A DNA stretch of 64,000 nucleotides from Thermodesulfovibrionales bacterium (GTDB lineage: Bacteria > Nitrospirota > Thermodesulfovibrionia > Thermodesulfovibrionales > UBA1546): the NCBI GenBank assembly GCA_049302185.1, contig JBAQLV010000027.1:3584-67583 (forward strand). Direction: 5' to 3'. Below are positions 10,837-20,669 of this stretch, in pieces. Position 1 is the stretch's first letter; every line of letters starts with the position of its first letter. Under the pieces are notes generated by a model. That model saw nothing but the letters and a program-made list of their open reading frames with translations. It was not told the DNA's origin and did no database searches. The position numbers and the translations under genes are program-made.

Positions 10837-10875
10837 AGAGCCTCCATTCCCTTTTATCCTTTGTTATTCCAAACT

Positions 10876-12294
10876 CTAAAGCAAATATTCTGCGAGATTA
10901 ATCCTGTATTTATTAGGGTCCATTGTCTTAACGATAGTTCTCAGGAATTTTCCATCAGGGGCTTTTTCTGTGAGATCAACAAAATATCTATCTGCCTTTT
11001 CTCCTTTGCTGCTGATGACAACCAGAACCTTTGGCCTGTCTAAAAAAACAGTATCGCTCTGATAGACGAGTCCGAGTTCTCTTGTATCAAGCATAACGAG
11101 AGTCCCTACAGGAAATACACCTATCATATTAATGAAAAATTTAAAGAGAATCGGATCAAGCTGCGTCCCTGCCCTCTCCATCATAATGCTCAGCGCCCTG
11201 TCAGGAGGCATCGGAATTCTTGAATAAATCCGCGCTGATGTCATCGCATCATACTGATCAACGAGGCTTATAATCTTTGAATAGAAATCCAATTCGAATG
11301 ATTCTCTCGTTTTAGGGTACCCTGAAAGATCATGGTACATATGATGCTCAAATGCAACAATAGCCGCCCTTGCTGCTGTAGCATCAATACCCCTCATCTT
11401 AAGTATAGCCCTGACACCCCAGAATGGGTGTTTTTTAATCATGTGCCATTCATCATCGGTAAAACTGGTCGGTTTATTCAACACCTCGCTGGGTATTTCT
11501 ATTTTGCCTATATCATGAAACAATGCAACAAGGCCAAGTTCTGTTAGAGCCCTCTTGCTCAGGCCGAGTCTCTGCGCAAGCGCTACAGCGAGTATGCTTA
11601 CATTAACCGAATGGTGATATGTATACTCATCATAATCTTTAATAGTAGTCATGCCAAGAAGCAGCTGATATTCTTCAAGTATTAGGTCTACCATAGACTC
11701 TACTACTCTCTTTGCCTTTTTTATGTTTACCTTTTCACCTGACTTGATCTTGCTTACAACACCTCTGGTATATGAAACAGCGTTAAAATATGATTTCTTT
11801 ACCATTCTCCGGATATCAGAACTGCCCTCAGTTTTTTCCTCATCTCTTATCTTCCTTAGCCTGCCGACTCCTAAACTGCCAACATCCGCAATCTCTTCTG
11901 CAAGCGCCTCAAAAGACTCCAGAGAGGAAGCTGAAGCTATGAATGCCCTTAAAAAGCTTTGCACGTCTTCAGATTTTAAGGCGTCTCTGAATACAATACT
12001 GCCCAATCCTCTCTTCTTAAATTCTCGCACGAGAAAATCAAAATTAGGAAGATATTCCAGAGGGTATCTTATCCTTGCTTCATTCAGGTAGAAAAACTCG
12101 CCCCCGAGTTCAAGCACCAGTTCTCTTTCAGATAAAATCAAGGGGTTTGTAATCGCAATAAACTTATCTATCGCCGTAGTCACAGCAATATTGCCGGGAT
12201 CATGGATAGCGGCAGTCCTTATAATAACCGCAAGTTGATTTATTATGTCTTTTGATTCTGTAAAAACCTCTCCTTTCCCTTCGCTACCGGCCAT
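10876..12294 (-). CDS. HD-GYP domain phosphodiesterase
   Basis: Motifs HHSVNVS...LFHDIGK...FEHHMYHDLSGYP (the HD and GYP motifs). Confidence 0.85.
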   Translation of the reverse strand: MAGSEGKGEVFTESKDIINQLAVIIRTAAIHDPGNIAVTTAIDKFIAITNPLILSERELVLELGGEFFYLNEARIRYPLEYLPNFDFLVREFKKRGLGSIVFRDALKSEDVQSFLRAFIASASSLESFEALAEEIADVGSLGVGRLRKIRDEEKTEGSSDIRRMVKKSYFNAVSYTRGVVSKIKSGEKVNIKKAKRVVESMVDLILEEYQLLLGMTTIKDYDEYTYHHSVNVSILAVALAQRLGLSKRALTELGLVALFHDIGKIEIPSEVLNKPTSFTDDEWHMIKKHPFWGVRAILKMRGIDATAARAAIVAFEHHMYHDLSGYPKTRESFELDFYSKIISLVDQYDAMTSARIYSRIPMPPDRALSIMMERAGTQLDPILFKFFINMIGVFPVGTLVMLDTRELGLVYQSDTVFLDRPKVLVVISSKGEKADRYFVDLTEKAPDGKFLRTIVKTMDPNKYRINLAEYLL

Positions 12295-13927
12295 ACTCTA
12301 TCCTTTTAATTGCAGAATAGACATGTTCTCTCAGGAGCTTATTTTTTGACTCCTTTTCCTTATGCAGCAACGGCAGCGCATCTTTGTTTCCCATCAATCC
12401 AAGGCAGTATGCTGCGCATGCCCTGTTTTCATCATTAAATGCCCTCTTAAAAAATGATTTCTTCTTAAAAGTTTTCAGCAAAAATTCCACTACATCATTA
12501 TCTTTCCACCGGGAAAGCGCCTCGTAAAATTCTTTTTTCTCGCTGAACTCAGTTTTTACGAAAGCCGCATCTGTCATCCTCTGAAGTATTATGCTTTTAG
12601 CGGTTGTTGAACGGATATTGCCCAGAGCCCTTGCCGCAGCAGTCCTTATCTGAACCTCGGGGTCGTTAAAGCATTCCCTTAACGCTGGAAACACTCCCGG
12701 GGCGCCGAGTTCCCCCATAGCCTTTATCCCCTCCTTTCTGACTCTTATATCGCTGTGATTTACTGTCTTAAGGAGATAATCCACAGCCGCTTTGTCGCCT
12801 ATCTTTCCAAGTATATAGATAATATTCCTGACAACATACCACCTCGAATCGTACAGCCCCTTTGCAAGGCTCTGTATGTCTTTTCTCCCTAAAGATATTA
12901 AGGCATTAATGACATTCTTTCTTGCGGGAATACTCTTGAGCTCTCCAAGTATTGTTATGAACGGCTGAATAGCATTCTTATCAAGAAATGCCACATATTC
13001 ATCCCAGACCTTTTCGTTTATCTCAACTCCGCTGTCAAGCAATTCGCCAAGCAGCTTTATTGTGGCATCAAATCCAAGAAAAGAAAAAACCATATTCAGA
13101 TTTTTCTTGGCGTCATCGGAAATGGATGGGCTGCCGATAACCTCTCTTGCTTTCCTGAGAATATGCAGCGCTGTCTCCATATCGCCATGTGTTATTGAAA
13201 ACTCTATAATACTGTTCAGGAAGTGCGCCACATCTTCGTATTCGCTTTTATTCTCAGCCTGATAAAGCATTTCGAAAATAATTGTGATAAGCTTGCCTGT
13301 TTTGTCATTAGCATCCTTGTCTATCTCTTTCACAATAGTATGAAGGTCCTTATCCGTCAGAGGGACTATCACTGCATCTTTAACGCCTTCTTCGTTAAAT
13401 GAATCCTCGTATGCCTTTGTCAGTTCATCCGCATCTGACGCCTTATCTTTTACCTCCCTTACCGCTGCGCTCTCATAATCATCTTCTTCAGTAAGAAACG
13501 CCTCGTCAACAACATATTTTACGTTCTGGAAATCCCTCTCCCACAGAAGCGTCACTACATCATCGTCAAGAACTTCCCTGTCATAATCAACCGTAAGAAT
13601 TTCCAGAAAATCCTCAAGTTCCTTCACGGAAAATCCCTTCTTGAAAGTTATTTCTCTCAAGCCGTCCTTAAAGAAAAAAAGCGCAATATTGTCTTCTTTC
13701 TGGGGGTTGGAATATATCTGCTCGGAATCACAGAATATCTCATTCTGCTTTATCTTGAATGTCAGTTCGTTTCTGTAATCAAAAAAATTTCTGAATTTAG
13801 CGTGAGTATCCTCTATGATCTTGGCATACATCGGATTCGTCTCAGGATACATTCTGAACGTCTTCTTGGCCTTAAGAAGCGCCTGGACTATCTCCTTTGC
13901 CGCCCTTATGTCATCAAGCAATTCCAT
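12284..13927 (-). CDS. HEAT-repeat protein
   Basis: The C-terminal half has repeated ...RVRKEGIKAMGELGAPGVFPALRECFNDPEVQIRTAAARALGNI... HEAT/PBS-lyase-type repeats. It overlaps the HD-GYP gene by 11 nt, which suggests an operon. Confidence 0.7.
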   Translation of the reverse strand: MELLDDIRAAKEIVQALLKAKKTFRMYPETNPMYAKIIEDTHAKFRNFFDYRNELTFKIKQNEIFCDSEQIYSNPQKEDNIALFFFKDGLREITFKKGFSVKELEDFLEILTVDYDREVLDDDVVTLLWERDFQNVKYVVDEAFLTEEDDYESAAVREVKDKASDADELTKAYEDSFNEEGVKDAVIVPLTDKDLHTIVKEIDKDANDKTGKLITIIFEMLYQAENKSEYEDVAHFLNSIIEFSITHGDMETALHILRKAREVIGSPSISDDAKKNLNMVFSFLGFDATIKLLGELLDSGVEINEKVWDEYVAFLDKNAIQPFITILGELKSIPARKNVINALISLGRKDIQSLAKGLYDSRWYVVRNIIYILGKIGDKAAVDYLLKTVNHSDIRVRKEGIKAMGELGAPGVFPALRECFNDPEVQIRTAAARALGNIRSTTAKSIILQRMTDAAFVKTEFSEKKEFYEALSRWKDNDVVEFLLKTFKKKSFFKRAFNDENRACAAYCLGLMGNKDALPLLHKEKESKNKLLREHVYSAIKRIEYGR

Positions 13928-13928
13928 G

Positions 13929-14213
13929 CTACACCATCACTATCCTTCGTTCTCTCGCAAAGTTCTTAATTATCATCAATGAGGAATACAGTCTTTGCAG
14001 CCTCACATTCCTCATCCTAAGAGACGGCTGATCACTGAGAATAATCTTCTCTCCCCTGATAGCTATCTGTACTTGTATTATCTCGTGATACAGCCCTGTA
14101 AGAGAGTCGATATCAAGCGGTTTGAGAAATAACGGATTAACCGTCACATAGCCGTCGGCTATATCATACGCCATAGCCTTAAGACTCTTCCCTCTTATGC
14201 TGCTAACTGGCAT
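13929..14213 (-). CDS. Hypothetical protein
   Basis: 94-aa ORF tightly packed between tatC and the HEAT gene, with an 11-nt overlap with tatC. No motif recognised. Confidence 0.4.
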   Translation of the reverse strand: MPVSSIRGKSLKAMAYDIADGYVTVNPLFLKPLDIDSLTGLYHEIIQVQIAIRGEKIILSDQPSLRMRNVRLQRLYSSLMIIKNFARERRIVMV

Positions 14214-15003
14214 CTGCTGTTTTTCCCCTCACGAATATCCTTGACACGAGAATACCTACCTCATAAAGGATTATGATGGGGATAGCCATCAGAGTCTGAT
14301 TAAATACATCAGGTGTTGGAGTAAGTATGGCAGCTAAGATAAAGGCGGCCAATACGGCATACTTTCTGTTTTTTGCGAGTGTCTTCGTAGTTACAATCCC
14401 CATGCGCGTAAGAAAGATTATAACAATAGGCAGTTCAAAAACAGCTCCGAATGCGAGTATAAACTTAAGGCAGAAATCCACATACAGCCCCACCGACAGC
14501 ATAGGCATCAGAACATCGCCTAACTTATAGGTTAGAAGAAACCCCATCGCAAACGGCAGCACTATGAAAAAACAAAAAAGAGCGCCGGCTACAAAGAGGC
14601 CTGTTGCTGAAATGACAAATGGGAGCACATATTTTTTTTCTTTTGCAAGAAGGCCCGGCGATATAAACTTCCAAAACTGATAAAATATTATAGGCAAGGC
14701 AAGCACCAGAGCGGCTACAAATGACACTTTCATGCTCATCCAGAAAGCCTCGGCAGGCGCAAGAAATACAAGCTTCGTAGTCTGGGAAAGTTTTTCCTGA
14801 GGGACTATGCTTATAAAAGGATTTTCCATGGAAAAAGACAGGTTGTATTTAAGCGGGAACATGATGGCCCTAAAAAGTTCTTCGGAATAGTTAAACGCAA
14901 TCACAAAAGCTATGAGCAGGGCAGTCAGGGATATGGTAATCCTCTTTCTGAGGTCACCGAGATGTTCTGTAAGGGGAATTTTTTCAGTTTCCATATTCTT
15001 CAC
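14203..15003 (-). CDS. tatC: Twin-arginine translocase subunit TatC
   Basis: 266 aa with six TM segments. N-terminal LTEHLGDLRKR matches the TatC signature. Confidence 0.9.
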   Translation of the reverse strand: MKNMETEKIPLTEHLGDLRKRITISLTALLIAFVIAFNYSEELFRAIMFPLKYNLSFSMENPFISIVPQEKLSQTTKLVFLAPAEAFWMSMKVSFVAALVLALPIIFYQFWKFISPGLLAKEKKYVLPFVISATGLFVAGALFCFFIVLPFAMGFLLTYKLGDVLMPMLSVGLYVDFCLKFILAFGAVFELPIVIIFLTRMGIVTTKTLAKNRKYAVLAAFILAAILTPTPDVFNQTLMAIPIIILYEVGILVSRIFVRGKTADAS

Positions 15004-15053
15004 TGTCCATGAGCAGATAGTTCAAAGGTTTGAAATATGCAATCTCTCAACAT

Positions 15054-15386
15054 TCACTCTGCCCCTTTCTCTTTTGAATCCTTCGCTGTATTTGCCTCGT
15101 TAGCTGTATCTGCCTCTTTTTCGGTTTTGCCGGCTTCATCCAGATGGGACAGCGTATCTTTTATATCACGGAGTTCAGAGTCCATCTCCTCCTTAACGCT
15201 GGACAGCGGATCTTTTATATCACGGAGTTCAGAGTCCATCTGCTCCTTAACGCCGTGCACTGCCTTCTTAAGCTCAGCCATGCCCTTACCGATTGTCCTG
15301 CCCAGTTCAGGAAGTCTCTTCGGACCAAAAACAAGGAGAGCAACTATAAATATAACTATAAGTTCCTGCATCCCGATATCAAACAT
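15054..15386 (-). CDS. tatA: Twin-arginine translocase TatA/TatB-family protein
   Basis: MFDIGMQELIVIFIVALLVFGPKRLPELGRTIGKGM is the canonical TatA/E/B N-terminus. The acidic C-tail contains an 18-aa duplication. Confidence 0.85.
   Translation of the reverse strand: MFDIGMQELIVIFIVALLVFGPKRLPELGRTIGKGMAELKKAVHGVKEQMDSELRDIKDPLSSVKEEMDSELRDIKDTLSHLDEAGKTEKEADTANEANTAKDSKEKGAE
15148..15255. repeat. Tandem 2 x 54-bp direct repeat inside tatA
   Basis: Units 15148-15201 and 15202-15255 differ at only a few positions. They encode VKEQMDSELRDIKDPLSS / VKEEMDSELRDIKDTLSH. Confidence 0.9.
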
Positions 15387-15469
15387 TATTCCCTTTCACC
15401 TCGGCGAATCTGACGAGTCAGACACCCTCAAGCTGCGGTATAAATATATGAAAAATTTGACCCTGCCAA

Positions 15470-16261
15470 TCATTTCTCCTCCTCATATACCTTTTTTATC
15501 GTTTTCTTTTCAGCAGGAAGAACCGCCGTTATCGAAAGCATAAACCTGTATTCAGGACTTCTGTTTTTCAAGTCAACCCCCACGCCAATCGTTGTATAAA
15601 GATAATCCGTTGTCATGAACCTGTAGCCGAATCTTCCCTCAAGGTCATCAAGCGCTGCTGAATAATGGCTTTTCCTTCCATATATCTCTGCGAGCACCTT
15701 GAAATCGTGCGCAGCCGAAAAATCAAATCCGGCTGCGAAGCTTACCTCATCTTCAAGTTTTGATGAACCAACTTTCTCATAAAATATATTCGCATGCCCG
15801 CTTACAGGCCCTACTCTCTTGCTGACGATAAGGCCCGCGCCTGCCCTTCCATCTGTGCTGAAAACTTCCTTCCCTGACGGGATAGAGACGTTGACCATAT
15901 AGGCTGCGGAAGGCGTATATTTAGTTTCATCAATAAATCTGTGTTTTACGCCCAAAGCAATGTCTTCAAATCCTGATTTAACATTTTCCCATCTGTCAAC
16001 GTAAGGGACAGCAGCCATAAATTCTATCCTGTCATTTATACCGTGCGCATACTGAAAAAGATACCTGAAAAAATCAGGCTCTGCTGATTTTTCAACTCCG
16101 GCGCCAAATGCGTAGTTTCCCTTCTTTAGACTGTCTGCGCTGAATGTTGAAAAAACTCCATAAGGCGCAACCGGCTGGAGGCCCTTTATATCAAATCCAT
16201 AAGCATCCCTGATAAAGAGAAAGCAGCTGAAAAAAAGCAGGAGGGGAATATATTTTTTCAT
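15470..16261 (-). CDS. Putative outer-membrane beta-barrel protein
   Basis: Signal peptide MKKYIPLLLFFSCFLFIRDAYG, alternating beta-strand-like pattern and an aromatic-rich C-terminal region. The family was not identified. Confidence 0.5.
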   Translation of the reverse strand: MKKYIPLLLFFSCFLFIRDAYGFDIKGLQPVAPYGVFSTFSADSLKKGNYAFGAGVEKSAEPDFFRYLFQYAHGINDRIEFMAAVPYVDRWENVKSGFEDIALGVKHRFIDETKYTPSAAYMVNVSIPSGKEVFSTDGRAGAGLIVSKRVGPVSGHANIFYEKVGSSKLEDEVSFAAGFDFSAAHDFKVLAEIYGRKSHYSAALDDLEGRFGYRFMTTDYLYTTIGVGVDLKNRSPEYRFMLSITAVLPAEKKTIKKVYEEEK

Positions 16262-16308
16262 TCATAAAACATAACAGAAAAAATCCTTAACTGTCAATTA
16301 AGCAAAAT

Positions 16309-18405
16309 CTATTTCTTGATTGAAATAAACACGCCGTCCCAATCAGGAGGCGGCGGCGTCTGAAGGTATTCACGGCATCTTTCAGCGTAAAGTTTTGCCA
16401 CAGGGTCATTGTGTTCGCCTAAAAGCCCTGTAAAAATATCAAGCGCATTCTGAAAACCCTTTGCCCTGTAAACCTTCAGGGCTTCGGAAAATCCATCTGC
16501 AAGCTTGCTATTGCCGTCTGTCATTAACTCAAAAATCGCAACGGGTTTTTCCTTGCCCACAACCCTCATAAGATCTATTTCCCTTAACATAAACTTGTCC
16601 TTTACCTTTCCGACAGTAAACTCACTCAGGATTATATGCGTGCCGTAATACTTGTTCTGCCCCTCAAGCCTTGAAGCCAGATTTACCGTGTCGCCAATCG
16701 CCGTATAATCAAATCTTATATTCGCTCCCATATTGCCGACAACTGCATATCCTGTATTTATGCCTATCCCTATATCAACAGGGGGAAGCCCTTTCTGCTT
16801 AAAACTGCTGTTTACTTCTTTCAATTTATCAATCATTTCTATTGCTGTCCTGCATGCCTTTTCAGGGTGGTCCGTCACATCAAGAGGCACATTATAAATT
16901 GCCATCACTGCATCGCCGATATACTTATCCAGCGTCCCGTTATTTTTCAGGACAACCTCTGTCATAGGGCCAAGATATTCGTTAAGGAGCGATACAAGCA
17001 CATCAGGCGCAAGCTTTTCCGAGATGCCCGTAAACCCTCTTATGTCTGAAAACAGAACAGTTATCTCTTTCTTTTCGCCTCCGAGTGCGAGCCTGTCTGG
17101 ATTCTTTATTATCTCTGCAACAAGCTCAGGCGAAACATAACTTGAAAACGCCTTTTTAAGATAGCGGTTCTTCCTTTCTACCACAAGGTTTCTGTATGCC
17201 TCAGAGCTTACAAATGCTATCGCTGTTGAGGAAAGCGGGTACAGCAGGCTTATATCTATGGAATAGTTTCTGAACAACAAATAATTGAAAACAGCATATA
17301 TGCTTGACACAAACATAAAAGCAACAAGCCCCAAAAAGCTGTTCCTCAATACACCGAGAAGCAATGTAAGGATTACAGGAAATAACGCTAAACATAAAAT
17401 CTCAATAGCAATTATTCTTCCATCCCTTAATATGAATCTGCCCTGAAGAGCATTGGACGCTACAGTTGCATGTATCTCAACTCCCGGAAAGGCTGACTCC
17501 ACAGGAGTTGCCCTCATGTCATAGATGCCGACCTCTGTTGCGCCCACAAACACAATCCTGTCTCTGAGTTCTTCTTTTTTTAATCTCTTTTTAATAACAT
17601 CAACCGCTGACAGCGTGGCAATAGTCCCGCCCTTGCCGTAATAATTCACGGTAAGCCTTCCGCTTTCATCAGAAGGGATAGACATATCTCCAAGCCTGAG
17701 AGAGGAAACACCGAAAGGTTCCACTTCAAGCATGATCTCCTTGCCTGTGTAATGTCTCAGCGCCTTTAATGCCAGAGAGGGATAAATTTCTCCGTTATAA
17801 AGCATAAGAAGCGTGGATTTTCTTACAGGGCCGTCAGCGTCCGGGTCTGTATTGAAAAAGCCAAAATCCAGAGCGCCGCGTCCGAGCAAGGGGATATTTG
17901 TCTCCACAAAAGGACGCTGATATACAGGAACCGAGGTCACACCTTCTGCAATCTTCAGAAGTTTTATCTTTGACAACTCTATCTGGGATATAGCCTTGGG
18001 GTCTGCATCTTCTTTTTCATCCCTGAAAAAATAACCGAGGATTACACTGCCGTTTTTTTCTATGGCTCTGGAAAGGACTGCGTCTTCTCTGCTGTCTGAA
18101 GGTTCGGAGAAAACAATGTCCAGCGCTGTTACCCTTACACCGTATTCTTTTAAGCTATTCAGAAGGCCGGCAAATACAGACCTCTTCCAAGGCCACCTGC
18201 CGATTTCATTGACGCTTTTTGAATCTATAGCAACTATCACAACCCTGTTGTCAGGCTGAACATTCTTTCTGATTTTAAATCTTGCATCCTTGAGTTTCAG
18301 GTCAACCGCATCAAGGAAATGAAAATTCTGCCTGTAAATGAAAAAAGTTACAACTGAAGCAAGAAGACCAATTACAATAAAGGTCAGCAGTCTGGAGTAT
18401 TTCAT
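16309..18405 (-). CDS. CHASE2-domain class III adenylate/guanylate cyclase
   Basis: N-terminal TM helix, a periplasmic domain of about 300 aa, three TM helices, then the cyclase core VLFSDIRGFTGISEKL...GDAVMAIYN...IGINTGYAVVGNMG...YTAIGDTVNLASRLE. Confidence 0.85.
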   Translation of the reverse strand: MKYSRLLTFIVIGLLASVVTFFIYRQNFHFLDAVDLKLKDARFKIRKNVQPDNRVVIVAIDSKSVNEIGRWPWKRSVFAGLLNSLKEYGVRVTALDIVFSEPSDSREDAVLSRAIEKNGSVILGYFFRDEKEDADPKAISQIELSKIKLLKIAEGVTSVPVYQRPFVETNIPLLGRGALDFGFFNTDPDADGPVRKSTLLMLYNGEIYPSLALKALRHYTGKEIMLEVEPFGVSSLRLGDMSIPSDESGRLTVNYYGKGGTIATLSAVDVIKKRLKKEELRDRIVFVGATEVGIYDMRATPVESAFPGVEIHATVASNALQGRFILRDGRIIAIEILCLALFPVILTLLLGVLRNSFLGLVAFMFVSSIYAVFNYLLFRNYSIDISLLYPLSSTAIAFVSSEAYRNLVVERKNRYLKKAFSSYVSPELVAEIIKNPDRLALGGEKKEITVLFSDIRGFTGISEKLAPDVLVSLLNEYLGPMTEVVLKNNGTLDKYIGDAVMAIYNVPLDVTDHPEKACRTAIEMIDKLKEVNSSFKQKGLPPVDIGIGINTGYAVVGNMGANIRFDYTAIGDTVNLASRLEGQNKYYGTHIILSEFTVGKVKDKFMLREIDLMRVVGKEKPVAIFELMTDGNSKLADGFSEALKVYRAKGFQNALDIFTGLLGEHNDPVAKLYAERCREYLQTPPPPDWDGVFISIKK

Positions 18406-18452
18406 AATCGCCCCTTCAAGCCCGTTTCCTCCACCTTAGGCGGATTACCGCA

Positions 18453-19499
18453 TTAATCTTTCATTCTCTGGAGATAAGTCTCTACATTGCCGATATGTTT
18501 GCCGTTCGGGAATTCGCTTTTATACTGAAGCAGCCTTTCCTTTGCCCTTTTCGTAAATCCCATTTCATCAAGAAGTATCCCTGTAAGATAGAGCGCTGTC
18601 TCACGCTGCGGGCTTATCGGGTATTCCTCAAGGATAAGCAGATATTCTGCAAGCGCAGCTTCCTGATTTCTCAGAAATCTCGAATAAACAGCTCCCCTCT
18701 CAAGCCTTGCATCGCCTCTGATTTCGAGTTTGTCAGTCAGGTCAAGCGCTATCTGAAAAATATAAAGCGCCTCCTCATACTTTCCGGCATCAGCCAGATA
18801 ATGAGCATAATTTATATTCCATCTTGCGATTATATGAGGAAGATTCCCTGATATTTCCCACTCTTTCGGAGGCTTTGCAGCGGTAATCTCTTCAAAATCT
18901 TTCTTCGCCGTGTATAATGGTGTGTCCTGTTCAATCTTAACAGGCTCAGTCGGATTGATTCCCCTTGTGTTCTGAACCATAGTGTCTGAAGAAAGCGGCT
19001 TGGATAATTCCGTATTGCCCGAAATCTCAGCGGTTCCTTCATTTCCGAAAAGGACATTTGCATAACCCTGTGTCATCATCATAAATTCAGTCCCTTTAAT
19101 CCCGGCAACTGCTGTGGGGCTTTTCACCTTGAAATTTGTCTGCTGTCCTGCAAGCCTTGTAACAGTAGCCCTGAGCTTGCCCTGATTTAATTTAAAAACG
19201 CCTTCTTTTTTATCAGTTGAAACCACAAATTTGTCTATCTCAAGTTCTGTGTTATTGGCGAGGGTAAAAGCGCTGCCATCGGACAGAGACAGTTTTGCCC
19301 ATCCATCCTTGCCCGTCTTTATCCAGCATCCTGCTTCAAAATCCATGCCTTCCTTGGCTTTTTTATAAGGCACGTTTGCTTTGTCTCTCCAAGATACCTC
19401 ACCGCTGAGCTTTGCAATTTTCCCGGCAGCAGCATACACAGTGGAAACGAACATAAAGAAACACACATTGACCAGAATAATTAAAAATATCTTTTTCAT
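18453..19499 (-). CDS. FecR-domain protein with C-terminal TPR-like region
   Basis: Signal peptide, FecR-like beta region (GKIAKLSGEVSWRD...GCWIKTGKDGWAKLSLSDGSAFTLANNTELEIDKF) and a helical repeat C-terminus. Confidence 0.65.
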   Translation of the reverse strand: MKKIFLIILVNVCFFMFVSTVYAAAGKIAKLSGEVSWRDKANVPYKKAKEGMDFEAGCWIKTGKDGWAKLSLSDGSAFTLANNTELEIDKFVVSTDKKEGVFKLNQGKLRATVTRLAGQQTNFKVKSPTAVAGIKGTEFMMMTQGYANVLFGNEGTAEISGNTELSKPLSSDTMVQNTRGINPTEPVKIEQDTPLYTAKKDFEEITAAKPPKEWEISGNLPHIIARWNINYAHYLADAGKYEEALYIFQIALDLTDKLEIRGDARLERGAVYSRFLRNQEAALAEYLLILEEYPISPQRETALYLTGILLDEMGFTKRAKERLLQYKSEFPNGKHIGNVETYLQRMKD

Positions 19500-19532
19500 A
19501 ACCGCCTCCCCAAAAAGGTTTTATGTTTTTCC

Positions 19533-20603
19533 TTAACTATTAACTACGGAAAGAAGGTTCAGTTCTTCATAGATTTCTTCGGGTGTCATTATTGAGCCGC
19601 CTGTTCTTCCGTAAAAAAGAACTTCCGATTTACCGTTAACAGCAAGCCTTACATCCTCAACCATCTGGCCTGCATTAAGTTCAATCGTGATAAACCTCCT
19701 CTTAGGATTTGCAAGAGATGCAAGTTCCTTTTCAGGGAAAGGAAAAAGAGTAATGGGGCGGAAAAATCCTAATTTAGAGCCTTCACGCTGTAATTTTTTG
19801 ACAGCAGAAATCGCTATCCGCGCTGCAGTTCCGAATGCAACAACTATTGTCTTGGCATCTTCCACGCCAATCGCCTCAAATCTAATCTCATCCTCTTTCA
19901 TCTTCCTGTATTTTTCCTGAAGAACACTGTTTCTAACTTCAAGTTCGCCCTCGCCCATATAGAGAGATTTGATCACATTCGGGCCTCTCCCGCCGCACCC
20001 TCTCAGCGCCCATGTCTTCTCCTGAAGGCCGGGCTTTATATAAGGCGTCTGATAAAAAGGCTCCATCATCTGCCCCAGTATCCCATCGCCGAGAATCATT
20101 ACAGGATTCCGGTATTCATCCGCCTTATCAAAGGCAAGCATGGTCAAATCCCAGAGTTCCTGAAGATTATATGGGGCATATACAAGAAGTTTATAATCGC
20201 CGTGCCCGCCGCCTTTTACTGTCTGAAAATAATCCGCCTGGCTGCCCGATATGTTTCCAAGTCCGGGCCCTCCCCTCTGCATATTCACGAGTACAGCAGG
20301 AAGCTCTGCTCCGCACAGATAGGAAACAGTCTCCTGCATCAGGCTTATGCCGGGGCTGCTTGACGATGTCATAGCCCTTGCGCCTGCAGCAGAGGCGCCA
20401 TACACCATATTAATTGCGGCAAGTTCGCTTTCAGCCTGAATAAATACTCCGCCCTCATCTTCCATGCGCCAGGACATATATTCAGGAATTTCATTTTGCG
20501 GGGTTATCGGATAACCTGCATAAAAACGGCAGCCTGCCTGAATCGCCGCCTCTGCGATAACCTCATTGCCCTTCATGAAAATCTTTTTAGCCATCGGAAA
20601 CAT
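19533..20603 (-). CDS. 2-oxoacid:ferredoxin oxidoreductase alpha subunit (KorA/VorB-like)
   Basis: MKGNEVIAEAAIQAGCRFYAGYPITPQNEIPEYM...ESELAAINMVYGASAAGARAMTSSSSPGISLMQE is the typical OFOR alpha N-terminus. No beta, gamma or delta gene is adjacent. Confidence 0.8.
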   Translation of the reverse strand: MFPMAKKIFMKGNEVIAEAAIQAGCRFYAGYPITPQNEIPEYMSWRMEDEGGVFIQAESELAAINMVYGASAAGARAMTSSSSPGISLMQETVSYLCGAELPAVLVNMQRGGPGLGNISGSQADYFQTVKGGGHGDYKLLVYAPYNLQELWDLTMLAFDKADEYRNPVMILGDGILGQMMEPFYQTPYIKPGLQEKTWALRGCGGRGPNVIKSLYMGEGELEVRNSVLQEKYRKMKEDEIRFEAIGVEDAKTIVVAFGTAARIAISAVKKLQREGSKLGFFRPITLFPFPEKELASLANPKRRFITIELNAGQMVEDVRLAVNGKSEVLFYGRTGGSIMTPEEIYEELNLLSVVNS

Positions 20604-20669
20604 TATATCACATTTGACAAAACTCTTACCCTTACATTATGATTTTTTCACAATACCGAGGAGACATTA

